The notes: generated by a model from the sequence alone, not told the origin. A stretch of DNA of 64,000 nt from an uncultured virus (IMG/VR IMGVR_UViG_3300027963_000003) (IMGVR_UViG_3300027963_000003); one strand, 5' to 3'. Positions 18,421 through 26,938 are shown, numbered from the stretch's first letter. A program made the numbers and translations.

Positions 18421-18757
18421 TACATTATAAGAAACACTTTAATTTATAAAGATGTTGTAGAACATACCTACCGTTGTTTTTACGTACGAAACAAACTCAA
18501 AAAATATATACCCCCCGGGGGTGTTTGCACGAAAACATAAGGGGGTGCTGTTCTAGGGGTTAACCCTATATATGACAGTTTAGAAAAATATACCCCCCCC
18601 CCCCCCTCTTTTATTAAATTTTAAAAAATCATAATCGTTTGAGCACAATACAGCACAAGGTGCGCGCCAAGTAACATCTAGCCAAAATGGGGTCATGGGG
18701 GTCAAGAATCGGGCGGATATAAAAAAGCGATACTGTCGGACATTATTCAAATATCTA

Positions 18758-18786
18758 TTGACATAGCGCTATGGTACAGGCACAAT
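18758..18786 (+). promoter_or_regulatory. sigma70-type early promoter
   Basis: TTGACA-17bp-CACAAT upstream of the 18833 ORF. Confidence 0.6.
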
Positions 18787-18832
18787 AGAGTTATCGGTTC
18801 GGGACATACTGTTTACGACGATATTTATAGGA

Positions 18833-19324
18833 GTGTCTAAAATGACAATCAAATTAACACCTTCAGAAGTTCGTGCCGTAAACATTGGCAATGCTTTAGT
18901 AGCTGGTAAGAATGCAACGGCTACTATTGATAAAGAATGCCAAGCGGAGCGTAAAGCCCGCAGGGGTAAAGATGTAGGCTTACTCTCTAGTGGTGACGGC
19001 TTTATGGTTCGCATTAACGAGATATTGCAAAAAGCGGGCTGGAAAGAGCAAACCATTAAGAATGCCCTTACCACAGTACGAAAAGCGGTAAACAAAGGCG
19101 ATAAGTTTAGTCTTAACCCTTATCGTGATGCTAGCAAAAAAGGTTCACAAGCGGGTAAGACTGTTGCAACTACAGGAGTGAAGTTCAAAGGCGACGCAAG
19201 CCTCGACGATATTGTGAAGGGTTTGCGTACCATGTTTAATAAGTTCAAAGAAAACGATAAGACAATAAGTTTAGCGTCTTACCTAATTGATGCGCTTAAT
19301 GATTATGAAGGTGATAGCAAGTAA
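18833..19324 (+). CDS. Basic hypothetical protein, first early gene, monocistronic
   Basis: 163 aa with its own promoter, AGGAG RBS (start may be ATG 18842) and terminator. Confidence 0.7.
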   Translation: MSKMTIKLTPSEVRAVNIGNALVAGKNATATIDKECQAERKARRGKDVGLLSSGDGFMVRINEILQKAGWKEQTIKNALTTVRKAVNKGDKFSLNPYRDASKKGSQAGKTVATTGVKFKGDASLDDIVKGLRTMFNKFKENDKTISLASYLIDALNDYEGDSK

Positions 19325-19338
19325 TCACCTAGCGGTTC

Positions 19339-19368
19339 AAAACCTCCGAGAAATCGGGGGTTTTTTTT
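19339..19368 (+). terminator. Rho-independent terminator
   Basis: CCTCCGA-GAAA-TCGGGGG followed by T8. Confidence 0.85.
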
Positions 19369-19538
19369 GCCCTTTTTTTTGAGGAACTGGTGTCATCTAG
19401 GTCGGCGAAGCCGACAGGTTTTAAATTCTTTTTGCTGTTACTTTTTCTTTTATAAGGGGCGCAATGATGAGGGTCAGCGAGGCACAAGTATGGTTGGCGA
19501 AGCCAATGAAATACTGTCAGACAGTACGGGAATAGCCA

Positions 19539-19953
19539 TGTTCACTCTGTTCACTCATGTTCACTCAGTAGTGAACAAACTTTTGGTGCGTTGCACACCT
19601 CGCAAACCCTTGTTTTATATACCTTTTCTTTCTTTCTTTCTTAATAATAATATACCATGTTCACTTGTTCACTCTATTTTAAAATGTATGACGGGGTAAA
19701 TTTTCCTAGCTTTACATTGTCAAGTTCTAATACTGTCAGACAGTACGACGACGAGCCTTTTCTTAGGTGTCATACTTTTGTTCACGAGTGAACATGGTAT
19801 ATTATATTCTCGTAACCTATTGAATCCATTAAAGAATACCTCGTTCCCTGCCCAATGAACATTGCTGAACTTAGTGAACATTTGAGTGAACAACTTGACA
19901 GAGTAAAGGTAAATGGGTAATAAAAAAAGATGTTGTGAGAATGTGAGTGAACA
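19539..19953. repeat. TGTTCAC/GTGAACA heptamer (iteron-like) field, putative origin or terminus
   Basis: TGTTCAC at 19539, 19548, 19558, 19658, 19666, 19779; GTGAACA at 19571, 19788, 19874, 19886, 19947. Confidence 0.8.
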
Positions 19954-20104
19954 AACCAAATACTGTCCGACAGTATTTAACCCCCAAATATGAAACCAGT
20001 TTTTGCTAAAGAGGGCGAGGGAAACTAAAAAACATCTTGCATAACTCAAACACGCAACCCTACTTACTGCGCACTCGTCAAAACCCAAATCGAGAACTAC
20101 CCTA

Positions 20105-20133
20105 TTGACATAGAGTTATAATAGGAGTATAAT
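20105..20133 (+). promoter_or_regulatory. Perfect-consensus sigma70 promoter
   Basis: TTGACA-17bp-TATAAT. Confidence 0.85.
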
Positions 20134-20199
20134 AGATGTATAGAGTCGAGGAACAGCCGTGTTCGAGCCAATCCAAAACCAAATACTGTCAGACAGTAT

Positions 20200-20213
20200 C
20201 GTTCTTTAAAAAT
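20200..20213 (+). promoter_or_regulatory. boxA-like antitermination element
   Basis: CGTTCTTTAAAAAT resembles rrn boxA (TGCTCTTTAACA), ~60 nt after the promoter. Confidence 0.5.
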
Positions 20214-20219
20214 ATGTAA

Positions 20220-20700
20220 AATGCCACGCTTATGCGTGGTGCAGAGTAGGCGTAGGGTGCAGTTGTTTCTAAGCTAAGGTTGTAGGAAACAGACTACTAT
20301 AAGTAAGAAGTATGCGAAAGGCAGAAGGTCGTATTTTGACTGATGAAGCCGATAGCGTGAAGTGATTGAATGTGCAAGGCGAAGTGCCGACAAATCATGA
20401 TGAACCATAAAACAGCAAGCATATTAGAACCAACAAACTAAAACAGCGAATCCCGAGCAGTATCTCTGCGGTAGTAGATTGATGTGGAATAGGTTAGGGT
20501 TTATTAACTTAATTGGGCGAAATACTGTCAGACAGTATCAGAGCCTTCAAAACCCCAAGCCGTTCGACCACACGCACCAATCCCTACCCATGCCCGAACC
20601 CCCCACAGGAACTGCAACAAACTAGCAGAGGGCAAACAAACAAAGAGAAGATTCATAGGTCAGGTTGATCTCGGTCAGCCTGCCCGCTTGAGTTTTTTTA
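20220..20700 (+). ncRNA. Candidate large structured RNA or leader
   Basis: No ORF of 60 aa or more; many hairpins and long-range pairings; ends in a hairpin plus T-run. Confidence 0.45.
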
Positions 20701-20715
20701 CAAAGGAGGTGTTAC

Positions 20716-20820
20716 ATGAAGGACTTAATGGAAGTAGTAGCTTGGGCAGTCGTAGGTGTTTTCACCTATGTACTTTTTGTATGGACTTGGAATTTAATTG
20801 ATTTTATATGGAGGTTTTAA
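20716..20820 (+). CDS. Small membrane peptide (34 aa)
   Basis: AAGGAGG RBS; MKDLMEVVAWAVVGVFTYVLFVWTWNLIDFIWRF. Confidence 0.6.
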   Translation: MKDLMEVVAWAVVGVFTYVLFVWTWNLIDFIWRF

Positions 20821-20970
20821 ATGAACTTATTTTTAGTGTTTATCAACGGGCTTATATTCCTGACTTGCTTTTATGGTCAGTTCAACCAATACGAGGTTAA
20901 TTGGTTCTTTGTGTTTGGTATGGTGTTTAGTGCCATAGTTTTAACTTTATTTATGGGAGATGAGAAATGA
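20821..20970 (+). CDS. Small membrane protein (49 aa)
   Basis: GGAGG RBS; two hydrophobic stretches; ATGA overlap with the next gene. Confidence 0.55.
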   Translation: MNLFLVFINGLIFLTCFYGQFNQYEVNWFFVFGMVFSAIVLTLFMGDEK

Positions 20971-21155
20971 ATAACTTAGTGGGAAAGACAGTAGCAAGCG
21001 TGGTCTATCAAGACCCTTGGAATAACGGAATAACCCTGACATTTACTGACGGCACAGAGGTAAGGGTGAGGGACACCACTCAAACAGGGGACATGGAAGT
21101 TTTAGTTGATGGTGTGGAAATGGAATCTAATTGGCATAAAGGAGAGGAAGAATGA
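20967..21155 (+). CDS. Hypothetical protein
   Basis: 62 aa, coupled in the early operon. Confidence 0.6.
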   Translation: MNNLVGKTVASVVYQDPWNNGITLTFTDGTEVRVRDTTQTGDMEVLVDGVEMESNWHKGEEE

Positions 21156-21271
21156 GTGAAAAACAATGGAAAAGGTTGTTGTGGCATGAGTTGTTTCATT
21201 ATGGGTTTAGACCCGACCCTGCTACACAAAAAAGAATAAGAAAACTACTACTGACAAGGAGTATAAAATGA
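21152..21271 (+). CDS. Small hypothetical protein (39 aa)
   Basis: MSEKQWKRLLWHELFHYGFRPDPATQKRIRKLLLTRSIK; ATGA overlaps at both ends. Confidence 0.5.
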   Translation: MSEKQWKRLLWHELFHYGFRPDPATQKRIRKLLLTRSIK

Positions 21272-21477
21272 AAGCAATATGTAGATGTTGTGGAGACGAA
21301 TACCCACTAGAACGCCTAGTAAAGCTAGGTTACAAAACCTGTTTAGAGTGTGGTATAGACGAAGCCCAAGCCGTAAGCGACGGGTTTACAGTAGCCATTC
21401 CGTTTAATAAGGGTGCGTATCAGTACATCCATAACCCAAAAGAACTCGCACAAACTAACCCAAAGAGGACAACATGA
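21268..21477 (+). CDS. C4 zinc-finger protein (DksA/TraR-like finger)
   Basis: CRCCGDEYPLERL..LGYKTCLEC. Confidence 0.55.
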   Translation: MKAICRCCGDEYPLERLVKLGYKTCLECGIDEAQAVSDGFTVAIPFNKGAYQYIHNPKELAQTNPKRTT

Positions 21478-21749
21478 GCAGAGCATACCAACAAAGGGTA
21501 GAGGTAAAAGACCCTTACATGACCTTACAGGAGATTGCCGACATGATGGGCATGAGTCGGGAGAGGGTCAGGCAGATAGAATTGCGTGCCTTGGGTAAGG
21601 TTAAAAAGGAACTATATAAGCGAGGCATAACGGCTGAGGACTTTCTAACTACCCTTAAGTACATGAAACCCATTAAGCCTAGCCCTGACGAAATACTGTC
21701 AGACAGTATGTACGAACTAATTGAACCCGAAAGGAACGAAGATGATTAA
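21474..21749 (+). CDS. Stand-alone sigma70 region 4 HTH protein
   Basis: MTLQEIADMMGMSRERVRQIELRALGKVK. Confidence 0.8.
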   Translation: MSRAYQQRVEVKDPYMTLQEIADMMGMSRERVRQIELRALGKVKKELYKRGITAEDFLTTLKYMKPIKPSPDEILSDSMYELIEPERNEDD

Positions 21750-21990
21750 GTGTACGGAATACCGCATGGGCAAACCCCGAACCATTACGGACAAGCCGTT
21801 AAAGATGCCACGAGCCAATGACCCTGTATATCTAGGGGCTAAGTTAGTTAAGGCTGATTCTACGCAAGCAAGACGGGAACTGGTCTCGGATGTGAACCCA
21901 TTTTTCTACATCTTTGGGGAAAACCTAACCCCATACAAAGACTATTTAACCTACGAGGAGAACATGAATGAGAAAGAAAGCAATAGCTAA
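21742..21990 (+). CDS. Hypothetical protein
   Basis: Start at MIKC; operon packing. Confidence 0.5.
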   Translation: MIKCTEYRMGKPRTITDKPLKMPRANDPVYLGAKLVKADSTQARRELVSDVNPFFYIFGENLTPYKDYLTYEENMNEKESNS

Positions 21991-22258
21991 GAAAGTAATG
22001 GCTAAGTTTAAACCCGACCCAGACTCACACCTATATCTAGGGGAAACAGACCCTGCACAGTTTATCCACAGTAACAAGACACACCGCACAGTTAGCGAGG
22101 CATTTCGTGACGCTGATTATGCAACTGCGTTTTGGCGTAGCAAGAGTGATTGGGAAGAGGCAGTAGATTTTGTAGAGCAGGCACTACTCGGGTTTATATG
22201 GGTAGGTGTAGTTGCAGGGCTAGTAGGAGCAGTAGCGTATTGGTTCATTTGGGGCTAA
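21968..22258 (+). CDS. Hypothetical protein with C-terminal TM helix
   Basis: RTVSEAFRDADYA motif and hydrophobic tail. Confidence 0.6.
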   Translation: MRKKAIAKKVMAKFKPDPDSHLYLGETDPAQFIHSNKTHRTVSEAFRDADYATAFWRSKSDWEEAVDFVEQALLGFIWVGVVAGLVGAVAYWFIWG

Positions 22259-22305
22259 TACTGTCAGACAGTATTTTTATTTCACAACATCTTAGGAGAA
22301 TCAAA

Positions 22306-23259
22306 ATGAGTTTAGAAAAGTTCGAGCATTTCAAGCAACGCTTCATCAACACCGCACCAATCAGAGGTAGAGCAGTAGAGTGCAGACCAATCGGCAAGCG
22401 TAGTAGGGATTGGGAACAGATAGTCAAGCGTTACATTGTGGAGGAGGGCGCACTTGATGTGGAGGGTGGAGAGGCATACGGCGCACACCTACATAGTACC
22501 GACTGTGTTATGTATATGGCAGATGGGTCTATCCATATTAAAACCGATGGGTGGGAAACACCAATAACGGCAGAGTTTATCAATCGTTATGTACCACGAG
22601 ATATGCGTTGCTACAAGAAATACACCAAGATATGGATTGAATATAAAAGTCAGAATTATGTATTGCATAGCACCAAACCTACTGTATTTCGCTATGTTAA
22701 ATCAGACGACGCCTACTATATCGAGAACCCTATCAAGCTAGAGCAAAAGGTAATTGACAGAACCAAGATGAAAACGGCTAGGGATAAGCTAACACCATTC
22801 CGTAACTATGCCAAGATCATGCTCAAACTAGCTGATGGGTGGTTGAGTAACGAGTTAGTAGATCAACACGCAACAGGCGACACCGATTACTATGGTCGTA
22901 GGTCTTATGAGTTTAATGGCAAGAAATATGATCGTTGGGCATTGACAGGTTCAATTAGTTCAAATATTGCAGGTGAGTTATACGAGGCTATGTGTAATGC
23001 AACGGAAGAACAATTCCCAAAACTTCTTTGTGTAATCTGTGCAACTAGCAACTACAAAGAGAGCCGTACCTGTAAGACTATTCAAGTAGAACGCACCGAC
23101 TATCAAGGCAACAAGCATATGGAGAATCAAGATATTCGTGAGCATCAGTACGACTACAAGACTGTGGACAATCGCATTAACTACCTCATTAAGCAAGTAG
23201 CTGATGTGCATACAACAAAAGAAGTAGCGTTAGGTGTGGTTGCTACAAACTGCTTATGA
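22306..23259 (+). CDS. Hypothetical protein
   Basis: Start reassigned to MSLEKF after the AGGAG RBS. Confidence 0.7.
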   Translation: MSLEKFEHFKQRFINTAPIRGRAVECRPIGKRSRDWEQIVKRYIVEEGALDVEGGEAYGAHLHSTDCVMYMADGSIHIKTDGWETPITAEFINRYVPRDMRCYKKYTKIWIEYKSQNYVLHSTKPTVFRYVKSDDAYYIENPIKLEQKVIDRTKMKTARDKLTPFRNYAKIMLKLADGWLSNELVDQHATGDTDYYGRRSYEFNGKKYDRWALTGSISSNIAGELYEAMCNATEEQFPKLLCVICATSNYKESRTCKTIQVERTDYQGNKHMENQDIREHQYDYKTVDNRINYLIKQVADVHTTKEVALGVVATNCL

Positions 23260-23270
23260 GGTTTGTGCTA

Positions 23271-23299
23271 TTGACACAGAGGTAGTATAGAGTTATAAT
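23271..23299 (+). promoter_or_regulatory. Perfect-consensus sigma70 promoter
   Basis: TTGACA-17bp-TATAAT; flanks (cta..., ...agatgtata) identical to the 20105 promoter. Confidence 0.85.
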
Positions 23300-23385
23300 A
23301 GATGTATAAGTAGATGTTGTGGGGTCGTAGCCTAATACTGTCAGACAGTATTGGGTTTTTTTAATTTTAAATCAAGGAGAAGTAT

Positions 23386-24504
23386 ATGAGTATCAAGTTC
23401 GGTAGTTCCTTAACTCTCAACGAGTTTGCTAATGCAATATCAACAGTAGGTTCTGATGTAACTATCATTGGTCAGGGTGAGCCTGGAATTGGTAAGAGTT
23501 CTATGCTCAAGGCAGTAGCCAAGCGTTACCCCGACTATGAGGTAGCCTACATTGATTGCACCCTGTTAGACCTAGGTGACTTTGCGCTTCCGTATACGGA
23601 GGAGGTGGTTCTAGAAAAACTGGCATCAACTCTCAAAGTAACTAAGTTCGCACCAAACGCTAGGTTTAAATTCCAATCGGGTAAGCCTGTAATCGTTATG
23701 CTTGACGAGATAGGCAAGGCTATGAAGGCGGTCAAGAATGTATTGCTCACGCTGATGTTAGAAAAGCGTATTGGTGATATGTCTTTGCCCGAGGGTTCGA
23801 TTGTCTTTGGTACAACTAATCTAGCAACTGATGGGGTAGGTGATAGCCTAGAGGCTCATGCTCGTAATCGGGTTTGTTTTGTGACTGTACGCAAACCACA
23901 CGCAGGCTTCCAAGCTGATGGCTCTATTGACTCTGACTCTTGGGGTGCGTGGGCTGTGGAGAATGATATTGCTCCTGAGGTATTGGCATGGGTTAAGCAA
24001 TTCCCTCATGCCTTGGAGTCTTATACTGACCCTGCCCAAAAAGATAATCTGTACATCTTTAACCCAACTAAGGCAGGACAGTCGGCGTTCGTGACCCCTC
24101 GTAGTTTAGAGAAGGCTAGTCATATAGCTAAGAAGCGTGCTGACCTAGGTGATGGCGTAACTATCTCGGCATTGGCAGGCACAATCGGTGAGAGTGCGGC
24201 TCGTGATATGCAAGCGTTCTTTACTGTGGTGGACAAGCTACCTACATGGGAGTCTATCTGTAATTCACCTACAACGGCTAAAGTTCCTGATGATGCGGTG
24301 GCTAAATGTATCTTGACCTTCTCTGCTATTACTCGGGTTGATAAAGATACGCTACCTAAGTGGCTCAAGTATGCAGACCGATTGGATAAAGAATTACAGG
24401 CGTTGTTTGCCCGTTCAATCGTGAAGTCTACTACCAAGCAAGCTATGGCGGTGTCCAATAAAGACTTTGTGAAGTGGGCTACCGATAACCAATGGTTGTT
24501 TTAA
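23386..24504 (+). CDS. MoxR-like AAA+ ATPase
   Basis: GEPGIGKS Walker A, VMLDE Walker B, TTN sensor, NR finger, TPRS. Confidence 0.85.
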   Translation: MSIKFGSSLTLNEFANAISTVGSDVTIIGQGEPGIGKSSMLKAVAKRYPDYEVAYIDCTLLDLGDFALPYTEEVVLEKLASTLKVTKFAPNARFKFQSGKPVIVMLDEIGKAMKAVKNVLLTLMLEKRIGDMSLPEGSIVFGTTNLATDGVGDSLEAHARNRVCFVTVRKPHAGFQADGSIDSDSWGAWAVENDIAPEVLAWVKQFPHALESYTDPAQKDNLYIFNPTKAGQSAFVTPRSLEKASHIAKKRADLGDGVTISALAGTIGESAARDMQAFFTVVDKLPTWESICNSPTTAKVPDDAVAKCILTFSAITRVDKDTLPKWLKYADRLDKELQALFARSIVKSTTKQAMAVSNKDFVKWATDNQWLF

Positions 24505-24541
24505 TCAATACTGTCAGACAGTATTAGAAAAGGAGAAACAA

Positions 24542-25723
24542 ATGACTAGACTAACTGCTGAACAACGAGTTCAAAAGTCCCATGTAGCATTGATGAACGA
24601 CCCTAAGTATTGTTTGTATTCGGGTATCTTCATGCTAGGTAAGACTGAGGTAGATGATGACTTGGCTACTGCTTGCACCGATGGTAAGAATACCTACTAT
24701 GGGCGTAAGTTCGTGGACAAGCTAAAGGATTCTGAATTGAAGGGCTTGATACTTCACGAGAATCTACACAAGGCTTTCCGCCATACAACTGTATGGAAAC
24801 ATCTTTACAAACAGAACCCACAACTAGCGAACATGGCTTGTGACTTTGTTATTAACTTAATGATTCACGACTCAGACCCACAAGGTGCAATGGTAACTCT
24901 ACCTGAAGGTGGTTTGTTAGACGAGAAGTATCGGGGCATGGATGCAGGCGAAGTATTTCGTTTACTTAAACAACAAGGAGGTAAGGGTGGAAAAGGCAAT
25001 GGTGATGGCGAAGATGAACAAGAAGGTGGGCAGGGCTTTGACGAGCATGATTGGGAAGGTGCAGACGCCTTATCAGAAGATGAGAAACAAGCATTGGCTC
25101 GTGAAGTCGATCAAGCATTAAGACAGGGCGCACTACTAGCAGGCAAACTCAACGGCAATGTACCTCGTGAGATTACTGAGGCAATGACGGCTAAGGTTAA
25201 TTGGAAAGAAGTATTAGCCGACTTTGTGAACTCTATCTGCAACGATAAGGATAACTCTACATGGCGCAGACCAAATCGTAGGTGGGTAGATCAGGGTGTC
25301 TATATGCCTAGCGCAATAGGTGAGGCAGTAGGTCGCATTGTTGTAGCCATTGATATGTCAGGCTCTATTGGTCCGAATGAGATAGGTCAATTCTTAGGTG
25401 AACTCTTATCCATATGTAACCATGTGCAACCCGAGGGTATCGACTTAATGTATTGGGACACCGAGGTATGCGCTCATGAGAAGTATGAACGAGGTGACTA
25501 CGAAGCAATCATGTCATCTACTAAACCTGCAGGGGGTGGTGGTACAAGTGCGGAATGTATTCCTAAATACATTGAGCAACACAAGCTAAACCCTGAGTGT
25601 GTAATCGTGCTGACTGACGGCTACATTGGTGGGTGGGGTGATTGGAAACACCCTGTGTTTTGGGGTATGACAACTGACATGGTTGCCCCTATGGGTATAT
25701 CTGTAAAAATCGAGGAGAACTAA
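24542..25723 (+). CDS. Metallopeptidase-like plus vWA domain protein (DUF2201-like)
   Basis: TACTDG, HENLH (HExxH), DMSGS MIDAS, GGGT, VLTDG. Confidence 0.8.
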   Translation: MTRLTAEQRVQKSHVALMNDPKYCLYSGIFMLGKTEVDDDLATACTDGKNTYYGRKFVDKLKDSELKGLILHENLHKAFRHTTVWKHLYKQNPQLANMACDFVINLMIHDSDPQGAMVTLPEGGLLDEKYRGMDAGEVFRLLKQQGGKGGKGNGDGEDEQEGGQGFDEHDWEGADALSEDEKQALAREVDQALRQGALLAGKLNGNVPREITEAMTAKVNWKEVLADFVNSICNDKDNSTWRRPNRRWVDQGVYMPSAIGEAVGRIVVAIDMSGSIGPNEIGQFLGELLSICNHVQPEGIDLMYWDTEVCAHEKYERGDYEAIMSSTKPAGGGGTSAECIPKYIEQHKLNPECVIVLTDGYIGGWGDWKHPVFWGMTTDMVAPMGISVKIEEN

Positions 25724-25724
25724 G

Positions 25725-25925
25725 ATGGCAATAGCTAGAGGATTTGAAACGTTGATGTTAAAGACAGAAGCTAAGAAGAAGTTTTTAGAAGCAAAGAAGA
25801 AGATGGAGTCGCAGTTAGGTGTAACTCTTACGCACTCAAATGCTATGGAGGTTATGGCTGACCAAATACTGTCAGACAGTACGAAGTTACGATTAAGGAT
25901 TGTCCCACTAACACAAGGAGAATGA
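25725..25925 (+). CDS. Small basic hypothetical protein
   Basis: 66 aa with GAGGAG RBS; contains a palindrome copy. Confidence 0.55.
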   Translation: MAIARGFETLMLKTEAKKKFLEAKKKMESQLGVTLTHSNAMEVMADQILSDSTKLRLRIVPLTQGE

Positions 25926-26767
25926 AAATGATTGGAAGCAACGCTATGCTAGTAGACCTAAACATTTCTATGTGGACAGGTCGTAAGATGGATAAGAAAG
26001 TATCCGAGGAGATTGATGTAAGCAAGAGTACCAAGGCTCGGGCAGGTAACTACAACAAGAAGTTATTGGCAGGCTCGGACAAGCTAGAGAAGGTGCAGAA
26101 GATTGCTACTGCTGTGCGTACTTGGAACTATCAACATACCTTACCTTGGTCTGATGGTGGCTCACGCTTGTTACCTATGAAGTCTTTCTTTGATTACAAG
26201 GCTACGCTAGGCAACTATGAGCAACAATACAACGATGCGGTGGATGACTTTCTTGTGGAATATCCGCAACTGGTTTCATCTTCTGCGTTTACGCTTGGTG
26301 CTTTGTTTGACCGAAACGAGTATCCCGATGTTGAGGACTTGCGTTCTAAGTTTCGCTTTAAGTATGTGTTCTGTCCTGTACCTGATGCAGGGGATTTCAG
26401 AATAGATGTTGAGGAACAGGCTAAGAACGAACTGCAACAACAATACAAAGAGTATTACGACGGCAAGTTAGCTGACGCTATGAAAGACGCATGGGATAGG
26501 TTGCATGAAACCCTGACTCATTTGAGTGATCGTATGGATTACACAGACGAGAATAAAAAGAAGTTTTGGGATTCTACTATTACCAATGCCTCTGACCTGT
26601 GTGGGTTGCTGACAAGCCTCAATGTGACTGACGACCCTAAGTTAGAAGCTATGCGTCAGAAGTTAGAGAAAGCATTAAATGGTGTAGATGCCTCAGACAT
26701 TCGTGAAAGCGAAGCAATTCGTACTAGCGTTAAGTCTAAGGTTGATGATATTTTATCTATGTTCTAA
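25922..26767 (+). CDS. DUF3150-like protein
   Basis: LVDLNISMWTGRK.D...TLPW...YP..EDLRSKF.F pattern; follows the AAA/vWA pair. Confidence 0.55.
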   Translation: MKMIGSNAMLVDLNISMWTGRKMDKKVSEEIDVSKSTKARAGNYNKKLLAGSDKLEKVQKIATAVRTWNYQHTLPWSDGGSRLLPMKSFFDYKATLGNYEQQYNDAVDDFLVEYPQLVSSSAFTLGALFDRNEYPDVEDLRSKFRFKYVFCPVPDAGDFRIDVEEQAKNELQQQYKEYYDGKLADAMKDAWDRLHETLTHLSDRMDYTDENKKKFWDSTITNASDLCGLLTSLNVTDDPKLEAMRQKLEKALNGVDASDIRESEAIRTSVKSKVDDILSMF

Positions 26768-26776
26768 GGAGGGTGT

Positions 26777-26938
26777 ATGAAGAAATGGAAAGGTTGGGTA
26801 ATTAGAAAAGAGTATTTTCTAGTCCATGTTGAAGCAGATACATGGGAAGAAGCTAAAGAAAAAATGTGGGATATAGAAGTAGAGGACGAGCCAGTAGATA
26901 TTGACTGGGAAATCTATGACATACAGGAGGATGAGTAA
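26777..26938 (+). CDS. Small acidic hypothetical protein (53 aa)
   Basis: AGGAGG RBS; MKKWKGW...VEADTWEEAKEK. Confidence 0.6.
   Translation: MKKWKGWVIRKEYFLVHVEADTWEEAKEKMWDIEVEDEPVDIDWEIYDIQEDE

Noticed and set aside
19511..19527. Dyad as an SOS (LexA) box
   Set aside because: The TACTGT/ACAGTA half-sites match, but the spacer is 3 bp rather than the 8 bp of CTGT-N8-ACAG
19779..19794. TGTTCACGAGTGAACA as parS, or GTTC repeats as an alphaproteobacterial LexA box
   Set aside because: Differs from the parS consensus TGTTTCACGTGAAACA, no ParB was recognised, and GTTC/GAAC spacings are not N7
19367..20088. ORFs 19367-19699 (+) and 19720-20088 (-)
   Set aside because: No RBS, and composition is dictated by the DNA repeats (both contain NIPCSLV from the inverted repeat)
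20338..20365. Hammerhead ribozyme core (CTGATGA...)
   Set aside because: Followed by GAAG rather than GAAA, with no convincing stems I-III
19511..20538. Dyad repeats as a CRISPR array (with the Cas4-like nuclease at 33890)
   Set aside because: Repeats are only 17 bp, gaps are 200-1800 bp and include genes, and there is no cas operon; Cas4-like nucleases are ordinary phage replication genes
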